Source: an uncultured Clostridia bacterium (GTDB lineage: Bacteria > Bacillota > Clostridia > Lachnospirales > CAG-274). From it: DNA of 64,000 bases. A program made the position numbers and the translations under genes. The notes beneath the pieces are model-generated. The model worked only from the letters and a program-made list of their open reading frames with translations, ran no database searches and was not told the DNA's origin. Each line of letters starts with the position of its first letter. Within the stretch, counting starts at the first letter, position 1. The stretch lies in contig CANPXH010000008.1 in the NCBI GenBank assembly GCA_947585865.1, positions 11,884-75,883 of the forward strand, written 5' to 3'. This document shows, in pieces, positions 10,675-18,087 of the stretch.

Positions 10675-13020
10675 ATGAAATTAAGACGGTTAATTGCGGC
10701 GATATCAGTCGTAACAATGCTTTTCGGCTCAGTCAGCGCACAGGCATACGGTACTCCCGTCACAAGGGGAGAGGCTGCGGATATGCTTGCTTCTGCGGCA
10801 GACGACTATACTCCCGGCATAAGTGCTGCGGATATACTTAAGGGCTATGATGACGGCGAGCTCCACGAGGATAGGGGCCTTACTCGTGCAGAGGCTCTTG
10901 TAATGCTTAAGAGAGCCTTCGGCGAATTCCCCGCTCCCACAGGACACAATCTGAGAACAGGCTATCCTGCCGAAAACTTTACGGATATTCCCGACTGGGC
11001 GGATGAGGAGATAGCCGATGTGCTTGCTTCGGGCATAATAGCAGGCACCTCCGAGAACACACTTTCTCCCGATGAGCCCATTACAAGGGAACAGCTTGAA
11101 GCACTTATAAAGCGTACATATGCTTATATGGGCAAAAGCTTAAAGGACGACTACTGGGCAACCGTCAATAAAAATGACCTTGATACTCTTGAAATAGATG
11201 AAGGCAAAACATATGTAGGCGGCGCATTCAATGAAACTATAAATACCGTAGAGGAACAGATGACAGCTATAAGAGACGAGCTTCTTGCAGGAAATTATGA
11301 AAAGGGTTCAAAGGAGCAGAAAATTGCCGACCTCTACAGAAGCGTAATGAATAAGGAATACAGGGCAAAAACGGGAATGGCGCCTATAATGCCTTACATG
11401 GAGCTTATAGACAAGGCGCAGAGCGTTGAGGATATTATCAAAATAAACAACACTCTTACAGAAGAAATTGCATTGACGCCCCTTATGACCTTCGGCGTAT
11501 ATGTAGACGATAAGGACAATTCAAAGAATATAATGCGCTTTAGTGTACTTTCAGGATTTCTTGGCGTAAGCTCTTTGTATGACGACGAAAATATAATTGA
11601 TGAATACAGAAAGCTTATAAATACATATTTAAAGGCTGTAGGCGAGACCGATGAGGAGGCTGACAGGAACGCCGACCTTGTAATAGACTATGAATCAAGG
11701 ATAATGAAGTATTTCCCCGATATTCAGGAATTTAATGATGTTGACAAGACGTACAATCTGTATAAATTAGATGATATAAAGGAAATGTTCCCGGGAGTTG
11801 ATATAGATTCCGTATTTGCAGCCTCAGGCTATGACGAAAGCTGGAAAACCACCGATATGCTTCTTGTCTGCCCGGATTTTACAAAAGCTGTAGCAGCAGA
11901 GCTTACCGATGACAATATAGATACCCTTAAGGCATACATTAAATTTGTAGTTTTATTCCATACAGGGGGTAATCTTTCAGATGAGCTTTCAGACGCCGAA
12001 TATACCTTTTATGAGGAAACGGGCATGGGCGCAAGAGAAACCGAAGAGCAAAATGCTCTTTCTACTATAGAGGGTACATTTTATGACTACCTGGGCGAAA
12101 TATATGCCAATAAATATTTCTCAGCCGAAAAGAAGCAGAATGTGGAAAATATGGTAAAGGATATAATAAACGTATATAAGAACCGTATTGAAAACGCAGA
12201 CTGGATGAGCGGCAAGACAAAGGAAAAGGCTTTGCTTAAGCTCAGCGAAATGAAGATACTTATAGGCTATCCCGAGGTATACAACGACCCTTATGAATAT
12301 GCCGAAATAAACAGCGACAGCCTTTATGAAAATAGTATAAGTCTGTCATTGTCAGTCCGTAAAAAAGACATTGAGGAGCAGTTCATACCTATTGATGAAA
12401 ACTATATGGGTGATTTGGCGGTTTATGATGTAAACGCTTGTTATAATCCTTCAATGAACGAAATAATATTCCCTGCCGCAATACTTCAGGCGCCGTTCTA
12501 TGACTACGACGCATCCTATGAGACCAATCTGGGCGGCGCAGGTTATGTTATAGCCCATGAGATATCTCATGCCTTTGACAATTCCGGAGCGAAATTTGAC
12601 GAAAAGGGAAATTATTCAAACTGGTGGACAGACGAGGACAGGGCAGCCTTTGACGCTCTCTGCGATAAGATGGCGGAATACTATGACGGTCGGGAAATAG
12701 CTCCCGGCATACTGTCAGACGGCGAGCAGACCTTAAGCGAAAATATTGCCGATAACGGCGCTGTAAGCTGCATACTGGAAATAGCATCTCATCTTGAGAA
12801 CCCCGACTACGACGCTCTTTTCAGAGCTGCCGCATACTGCTATGCAGAAAGCAGCGACCGCAGCACTTTGGAATTTGACACGGTAAGCGATGTTCACAGC
12901 AACGGAAAGCTCCGTATAAACAGAGTATTTGAAAACAATCAGATATTCTACGATACCTATGACATAAAGGAAGGCGACGGTATGTACGTTGCTCCCGAGG
13001 ACCGTGTACAGATATGGTAA
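10675..13020 (+). CDS. Secreted M13-family zinc metallopeptidase (PepO/neprilysin-like) with N-terminal SLH-type anchoring repeats, copy 1
   Basis: Signal peptide present. SLH-like segments (LTRAEALVMLKRAF; FTDIPDWADEEIADVLASGIIAG...ITREQL). HEISHAFD zinc motif and ENIADNGA motif. Confidence 0.85.
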   Translation: MKLRRLIAAISVVTMLFGSVSAQAYGTPVTRGEAADMLASAADDYTPGISAADILKGYDDGELHEDRGLTRAEALVMLKRAFGEFPAPTGHNLRTGYPAENFTDIPDWADEEIADVLASGIIAGTSENTLSPDEPITREQLEALIKRTYAYMGKSLKDDYWATVNKNDLDTLEIDEGKTYVGGAFNETINTVEEQMTAIRDELLAGNYEKGSKEQKIADLYRSVMNKEYRAKTGMAPIMPYMELIDKAQSVEDIIKINNTLTEEIALTPLMTFGVYVDDKDNSKNIMRFSVLSGFLGVSSLYDDENIIDEYRKLINTYLKAVGETDEEADRNADLVIDYESRIMKYFPDIQEFNDVDKTYNLYKLDDIKEMFPGVDIDSVFAASGYDESWKTTDMLLVCPDFTKAVAAELTDDNIDTLKAYIKFVVLFHTGGNLSDELSDAEYTFYEETGMGARETEEQNALSTIEGTFYDYLGEIYANKYFSAEKKQNVENMVKDIINVYKNRIENADWMSGKTKEKALLKLSEMKILIGYPEVYNDPYEYAEINSDSLYENSISLSLSVRKKDIEEQFIPIDENYMGDLAVYDVNACYNPSMNEIIFPAAILQAPFYDYDASYETNLGGAGYVIAHEISHAFDNSGAKFDEKGNYSNWWTDEDRAAFDALCDKMAEYYDGREIAPGILSDGEQTLSENIADNGAVSCILEIASHLENPDYDALFRAAAYCYAESSDRSTLEFDTVSDVHSNGKLRINRVFENNQIFYDTYDIKEGDGMYVAPEDRVQIW

Positions 13021-13054
13021 TGTATATTTAATTCAATATTAAGGAGGATAAATT

Positions 13055-15400
13055 ATGAAACTAAGACAAATTATTGCGGCGGTATCCGTCACAACAATGC
13101 TTTTCGGCTCTGTAAGCGCACAGGCGGCAGGCACTCCCGTCACAAGGGGCGAGGCCGCAGATATGCTTGCTGCCGCAGCCGATGACTACACTCCCGGCGT
13201 AAGCAAGGAGGACATACTCAAGGGATATGAAGACGGCGAGCTTCATGAAGAACAAGGAGTTACCCGTGCCGAGGCACTTGTAATGCTTAAGAGAGCCTTC
13301 GGAGAATTTCCCGCTCCCACGGGAGACAATCTGAGAACAGGCTATCCTGCAGAAAACTTTACGGATATTCCCGAATGGGCGGATGAAGAGATAGCCGATG
13401 TGCTTGCTTCGGGCATAATAGCAGGCACCTCCGAGAATACTCTTTCTCCCGATGACCCCATTACGAAGGAACAGCTTGAAACACTTATAACACGTACATA
13501 TGCTTATATGGGCAAAAATTTAAAGGATGACTACTGGGCGACCGTTAATAAGAACACCCTTGATACCCTTGAAATAAAAGAGGGCAGAACAACTGCCGGC
13601 GGCGCATTTGACACCATTAATGATACCGTAGAGGGTCAGATAAAGGCTATAAGAGATGAGCTTCTTGCAGGAAGCTACGAAAAGGGATCAAAGGAGCAGA
13701 AAATTGCCGATTTCTACAGAAGCGTAGTCAACAAGGAATACAGGGCTAAAACGGGGATGGCGCCTATAATGCCTTATATGGAGCTTATAGACAAGGCGCA
13801 GAGCGTTAAGGATATCATTGATATAAACAACACCTTTATAGAAGAAATGGGAATAATGCCCCTTATGTACTACGGTACAGATATAGACGTTAAGGACAAT
13901 TCAAAAAAGGTATTTTCTTTCGATGTAAGTATAGGACAGCTTGGAGCAAAAGCTCTGTATGATGATCAAAACACAATGGATGCATACAAAAAGCTTATAA
14001 ATACCTACTTCAAGGCTATAGGCGAGAGCGATGAGGAGGCTGCAAAGGACACCGAGCTTGCAGCAGGCTTTGAGTCAAGGACAATGAAGTCTTTCCCCGA
14101 TGTTCAGGATATGACTGACATTGACAAGCTTTTTAATCCTTATAGACCGGATGATATAAAGGAAATGTTCCCGGGAGTCGATCTGGATTCCGTATATACG
14201 GCTTCGGGCTATGATGAAAGCTGGAAAACCACCGATATAATTATTTACTACCCTGATTATATAAAAGCTATAGCAGCCGAGTATACCGATGACAATATAG
14301 ATACCCTTAAGGCATATACTAAGTTTGTAATTCTCAGCAAATTAGGAAGCACCCTTTCAGACGAGCTTTTAGATGCCGAATATACATTTATGGAAACAGT
14401 TGGCATGGGCGCAAGAAAGAACGAAGAACAGAATGCTCTTTCCTCTGTAGAAGGTATATTTAATGATTACCTGAGCGAAATATATGCCGACAAATATTTC
14501 TCTGCCGAAAAAAAGCAAAATGTTGAAAATATGGTAAATGATATAATAGACGTTTACAAGACGCGTATTGAAAACGTGGACTGGATGAGCGATAAGACAA
14601 AGGAAAAGGCTTTGCTTAAGCTCGATAATATGAATATACTTATAGGCTATCCCGAGGTATACAAGGACCCCTATGCATATGCTGAAATAAACAGCGACAG
14701 TTATTATGAAAATTATGTGAGCCTGTCATTGTCAAAGCATAAAAAGGATATTGAGGATCAGTTCACGCCTATGGACAAAAACGATATAAGCAAAATGCCT
14801 GTTTATATGATAAACGCAGGTTATCAGCGTACCATGAACGAAATAATATTCCCTGCCGCAATACTTCAGGCGCCCTTCTATGACTATGACGCATCCTACG
14901 AGGCTAATCTGGGCGGCATAGGCTATGTTATAGCTCATGAAATATCACACGCCTTTGATAATTCCGGAGCAGACTTTGACGAAAAGGGAAATATGTCAAA
15001 CTGGTGGACAGACGAAGACAGAGCAGCCTTTGACGCTCTATGTGATAAGATGGCGGCATACTATGACGGTCTGGAAATAGCTCCCGGCATATTGTCAAAC
15101 GGCAGACAGACCTTAGGCGAAAATATTGCAGACAACGGCGCTGTAAGCTGTATACTGGAAATAGCATCTCATCTTGAAAATCCCGATTATGACGCTCTTT
15201 TCAAATCTGCAGCCCACTGCTGGGCAGAAAGCAACAGCCGCAGCTATCTGGCATACATTACCGCAAGCGATACTCACAGCTGCTCAAAGCTCCGTGTAAA
15301 CAAAGTATTTCAGAATAATCAGATATTCTACGATACCTACGGCATAAAGGAAGGCGACGGTATGTACGTTGCTCCCGAGGACAGAGTGCATATATGGTAA
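13055..15400 (+). CDS. Secreted M13-family zinc metallopeptidase with SLH-type repeats, copy 2 (tandem paralog)
   Basis: Same length (781 aa) and same motifs as copy 1. Own AGGAGG RBS. Only 34 nt separate it from copy 1. Confidence 0.85.
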   Translation: MKLRQIIAAVSVTTMLFGSVSAQAAGTPVTRGEAADMLAAAADDYTPGVSKEDILKGYEDGELHEEQGVTRAEALVMLKRAFGEFPAPTGDNLRTGYPAENFTDIPEWADEEIADVLASGIIAGTSENTLSPDDPITKEQLETLITRTYAYMGKNLKDDYWATVNKNTLDTLEIKEGRTTAGGAFDTINDTVEGQIKAIRDELLAGSYEKGSKEQKIADFYRSVVNKEYRAKTGMAPIMPYMELIDKAQSVKDIIDINNTFIEEMGIMPLMYYGTDIDVKDNSKKVFSFDVSIGQLGAKALYDDQNTMDAYKKLINTYFKAIGESDEEAAKDTELAAGFESRTMKSFPDVQDMTDIDKLFNPYRPDDIKEMFPGVDLDSVYTASGYDESWKTTDIIIYYPDYIKAIAAEYTDDNIDTLKAYTKFVILSKLGSTLSDELLDAEYTFMETVGMGARKNEEQNALSSVEGIFNDYLSEIYADKYFSAEKKQNVENMVNDIIDVYKTRIENVDWMSDKTKEKALLKLDNMNILIGYPEVYKDPYAYAEINSDSYYENYVSLSLSKHKKDIEDQFTPMDKNDISKMPVYMINAGYQRTMNEIIFPAAILQAPFYDYDASYEANLGGIGYVIAHEISHAFDNSGADFDEKGNMSNWWTDEDRAAFDALCDKMAAYYDGLEIAPGILSNGRQTLGENIADNGAVSCILEIASHLENPDYDALFKSAAHCWAESNSRSYLAYITASDTHSCSKLRVNKVFQNNQIFYDTYGIKEGDGMYVAPEDRVHIW

Positions 15401-15512
15401 ATAAGACAATGCTTTATATTCCCCAATGATATAAGGGATATAAGCTGCATATCTTTATGGGTACAGGCATTTTATAAGACTATCCATATAATATATACGA
15501 TCGTATAAAAAT

Positions 15513-15550
15513 GGGTGCTGCGCTTTAAGCTGCGCAGCACCCGTTTATAT
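15513..15550. terminator. Bidirectional terminator between the M13 copy 2 and M15 peptidase genes
   Basis: Stem GGGTGCTGCGC/GCGCAGCACCC with T-rich tails on both strands. Confidence 0.75.
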
Positions 15551-15551
15551 T

Positions 15552-16349
15552 TTAAGGCTGTTTTGTTCTGAGTATCACAACTTTGCCGGAATAGTCTACA
15601 TCTCTGTCTCCGAGCACGTCTGCGAGCTCTCTTATCCCAACGTAATTGTTGCCTCTTATATTGATAGCTTTTACCCTGCTTATATTTCCATCGGCATCGA
15701 TATCTATATATTCTGTTTTGTTGTCAAGTATCGGCAGCTTTGTGCTGCTGTTGTATCCTACGGTAAAGCCGGCGTTTTCAAGACCTCTCAGATCTATGAA
15801 ATTTTTGCTGTTTTTTACTATCTTGTCTATTTTTACGGTTTTGCCGTTTATATTTATATAGCCTGTTTCGACCACTTCGTCTTCCTCCTTTTTCTCTATA
15901 TAAACATCCTTCCAGGTTTTTTTGAAATTGTCCGGGGTTTTATAAAGCTTTTTAAGATAGGCGGGCGTGCTTCCCCAATATTTCAACTGGAAGTGGGGCA
16001 TATCCACAGGCGTTGTCCAGTCGCCTCCCCATTCAAGCCCCAGCTCTTTACCTGTTTGGCCTACTTTGTTGAACCAGCCGTCACTGTTGTTATAGGCTCC
16101 CTTTCCGTCATTTCTTATTATATCGAAGGCTACGCCCCATTGGTGCATGGAACTGTAGTCCGTACCCTTGGCATATGTAACTATATTGCCTTTTTCTGTT
16201 CTGCCCAAAGCATAGAGCTTATTCTGCTCGGCAACTGTTCTGCAGCATTCTCCGAGCTTTATGAAAAGCCCTTTTTTGCGGCAGTTTTCAATAAGCCTTG
16301 CCGCCAGTATCTGCAGTTCGGGATGACATTTTGAAATATCTCTTCCCAT
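15552..16349 (-). CDS. M15-family peptidoglycan peptidase (CwlK/VanY-like, endolysin-like) with a C-terminal putative wall-binding domain
   Basis: Starts at MGRDISKCHP with a GGGGAGGTG RBS. RTVAEQNKLY, GVAFDI and GLEWGGDW...DMPHFQ motifs of M15C peptidases. The track ORF start at 16430 is over-extended. Confidence 0.8.
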   Translation of the reverse strand: MGRDISKCHPELQILAARLIENCRKKGLFIKLGECCRTVAEQNKLYALGRTEKGNIVTYAKGTDYSSMHQWGVAFDIIRNDGKGAYNNSDGWFNKVGQTGKELGLEWGGDWTTPVDMPHFQLKYWGSTPAYLKKLYKTPDNFKKTWKDVYIEKKEEDEVVETGYININGKTVKIDKIVKNSKNFIDLRGLENAGFTVGYNSSTKLPILDNKTEYIDIDADGNISRVKAINIRGNNYVGIRELADVLGDRDVDYSGKVVILRTKQP

Positions 16350-16429
16350 AAAGATCACCTCCCCTGTACAATATGACAGAAGAGGCTTATCTGTTACAAC
16401 CACAAAATGTATCATAAAAAATAAACTCA

Positions 16430-16459
16430 TTTTCCCTTGACCGGGTCACGGGAAAATGC
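16430..16459. repeat. Left hairpin direct repeat of mini-island A
   Basis: TTTTCCCTTGACCGGGTCACGGGAAAATGC is itself a hairpin. It matches 17282-17310 at 26 positions, with 3 mismatches and 1 indel. Confidence 0.65.
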
Positions 16460-16472
16460 ATGATTTTAAGTA

Positions 16473-16502
16473 TTGACAATTATTACTTATATGTGGTACC
16501 AT
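16473..16502 (+). promoter_or_regulatory. Candidate sigma-A promoter of island A (TTGACA, extended -10 TGgTACCAT)
   Basis: TTGACA at 16473-16478 with an 18-nt spacer. A TG lies 1 nt before TACCAT at 16497-16502. Confidence 0.4.
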
Positions 16503-16704
16503 TGTATTGTCTAAATTGTTTAATGGAGATAATATATCTATATTAAATATGTCACGTTTGCTGTAAGTAAAATTTTTGTTGTTAGGCAATTATGATTTTG
16601 TCTGTTTTATAGGTGAGTTTTATATACACATTAAATAAAACAACAACAAATATTGAAAATACGATTGGTTTAAAGTAATCAGATATTATAAATTCCGAAT
16701 ACTT

Positions 16705-16815
16705 TAACCGACGGGTAAGTCTCCCGCTTCTATAAGCGGCGAGTACTTACTTTTGTATTCCGCAGGGGTACAAGCTCCTGCTGAATACAAAGGCTTTGGT
16801 AAAAGCCGTCGGTTA
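16705..16815 (+). ncRNA. Unclassified structured RNA element (three-way-junction fold) in the long leader of the small membrane-protein gene
   Basis: A 10-bp closing helix TAACCGACGG/CCGTCGGTTA encloses two long hairpins (16715-16750 and 16752-16791). The element is GC-rich inside an AT-rich leader. Confidence 0.45.
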
Positions 16816-16871
16816 TGAGTACGTAGCGTAAGCGTAGTACGAATATCCTTGACTATTTAGGAGGGAATAAA

Positions 16872-17138
16872 ATGCCGGTAAATATACGTACATACAAAAA
16901 TTCAATTCTTGCATCGGTCATTGCACTGCTTGCGTCAATCATCGACGCTCTGTTAAAGCTTTTGGGATTAGCGTGCATTGTCGGGCTTTGCTCTGAGAAA
17001 GGTTTTATCGTCGGCTTGCTTTTAGGCTTTATCTGTCTTGTAATATGTATTCTGATAGGCACATTTATCAAGTGGATAATATTTAAGCTGTGCGATCGGA
17101 TCGCCATGCGCAAACTTATCAAGCAAAACAAAGAGTAA
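16872..17138 (+). CDS. Small hydrophobic membrane protein (88 aa, 2-3 TM segments, basic C-terminal tail)
   Basis: Strong AGGAGGG RBS 6 nt upstream of the ATG. Hydrophobic core with a charged tail (DRIAMRKLIKQNKE). Followed by a terminator. Confidence 0.6.
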   Translation: MPVNIRTYKNSILASVIALLASIIDALLKLLGLACIVGLCSEKGFIVGLLLGFICLVICILIGTFIKWIIFKLCDRIAMRKLIKQNKE

Positions 17139-17167
17139 GGAAAGTGTAAAATAAATCAAAAAAATTT

Positions 17168-17196
17168 GGCTCTTTGTCAATAGTTGGGAGTAACAC
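17168..17196 (+). repeat. 29-nt element shared with island B (inverted copy at 52655-52682)
   Basis: GGCTCTTTGTCAATAGTTGGGAGTAACAC equals the reverse complement of 52655-52682 except for a one-base indel. Confidence 0.7.
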
Positions 17197-17213
17197 CAAA
17201 TTTAGAGCGATCG

Positions 17214-17250
17214 ACCACCTGTTATTCAGTATAGCAGGTGGTTTTATTTT
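17214..17250 (+). terminator. Intrinsic terminator of the island A transcript
   Basis: Stem ACCACCTG/CAGGTGGT followed by TTTTATTTT. Confidence 0.7.
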
Positions 17251-17280
17251 GTTGCTGCTGTCTTCCGTAAAGCCGTTAGG

Positions 17281-17310
17281 ATTTTCCGGTGACCGGGTAA
17301 CGGAAAATGC
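17281..17310. repeat. Right hairpin direct repeat of mini-island A, abutting the TetR stop codon
   Basis: ATTTTCCGGTGACCGGGTAACGGAAAATGC is a hairpin that matches 16430-16459. Confidence 0.65.
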
Positions 17311-17883
17311 TCAGAAGCTTATGCCCAGAAGTTTAAGCGGTTTTTTTGAAAAAAACTCCAGTATAAGGTCTATGGCGCTGTCAGGGTCCGCATTATCGTT
17401 TTCTACCCACCATTTCAACATAATAATAAAGAGCGTGCGGTATACTTCAAGCAGCAGCTTTTCGTCCATCATACTGTTTGCCATGCCGTGTGTCTGCGAA
17501 AGTATGACCGGAGTTATCTTGTCATAGAGCTTATGTACAAATACCTTATTGTTTTCATCGTTTATAAGCACAGAAAAGACCTCCTTTTCTTTTCTTATAT
17601 TATTGAGAAGATTTATAACGGGCTTTCTCTGTTCATGTCCATTTAATTTATGAAGGGTCTCCATAGTGGACTCGGGATCAAGCACATCTATAAGCTCATT
17701 GCATATCTCGTCATAGAGAGCCTGCTTGGTCTCGTAGTGCATATAAAATGTTTTTCTGTTTATAAGGGCTCTGTCGGCTATGTCCGTAATAGTGACGTTG
17801 TTGTAGCCTTTTTCTTTTATAAGTTGAAGAAAAGCATCTTTTATAGCTTTCCTGCTTTTGACTATTCTCAGATCCGTTTTCAT
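17311..17883 (-). CDS. TetR/AcrR-family transcriptional regulator
   Basis: N-terminal TetR HTH (IKDAFLQLIKEKGYNNVTITDIADRALINRKTFYMHY). Divergent from the efflux operon. Confidence 0.9.
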   Translation of the reverse strand: MKTDLRIVKSRKAIKDAFLQLIKEKGYNNVTITDIADRALINRKTFYMHYETKQALYDEICNELIDVLDPESTMETLHKLNGHEQRKPVINLLNNIRKEKEVFSVLINDENNKVFVHKLYDKITPVILSQTHGMANSMMDEKLLLEVYRTLFIIMLKWWVENDNADPDSAIDLILEFFSKKPLKLLGISF

Positions 17884-17974
17884 AAAATCACTCCTTTGCC
17901 ATATCTATAAAATATAACAAAATCAAAAAAAATGCAATACCCTATACAGATAATCAACATTTTGTGTAAAAACG

Positions 17975-17986
17975 TTGCTTAAGCAA
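17975..17986. promoter_or_regulatory. Candidate TetR operator palindrome in the divergent promoter region
   Basis: Perfect 12-bp palindrome TTGCTTAAGCAA between the TetR gene and the efflux operon. Confidence 0.35.
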
Positions 17987-18087
17987 TAAGCAGTATTTTA
18001 TTGACCATTGAAATTGCAGAATGTATCAATTATATTATTTTATATGGGAAATCAAAGATATTTATATAAATAACGGGAGGCGTATTT

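Larger units (their letters stand above)
10675..15400 (+). repeat. Tandem gene duplication (two 2346-nt M13 peptidase genes)
   Basis: The two ORFs are collinear, with long stretches of identical nucleotides at both ends and more divergent blocks internally. Confidence 0.9.

Noticed and set aside
16705-16841. Retron msr/msd, group II intron domain V, OLE or ydaO (c-di-AMP) identity for the island A RNA.
   Set aside because: No reverse transcriptase or intron ORF lies nearby. The hairpin at 16818-16841 lacks the AGC triad and bulge geometry of domain V. The element is too short for OLE. The conserved ydaO ACCCGAA and GGGGACCCA blocks are absent.
17152-17180. The shared 28/29-mer as an active promoter (TTGACA core).
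   Set aside because: Neither copy has an acceptable -10 hexamer at 16-19 nt. The best candidates are GATTTA/ATTTAT in island A and AAGCGG in island B.
17174-17527. 117-aa plus-strand ORF starting inside the shared 29-mer.
   Set aside because: It runs through a terminator hairpin and antisense into the TetR gene. It has no RBS and no recognisable family.
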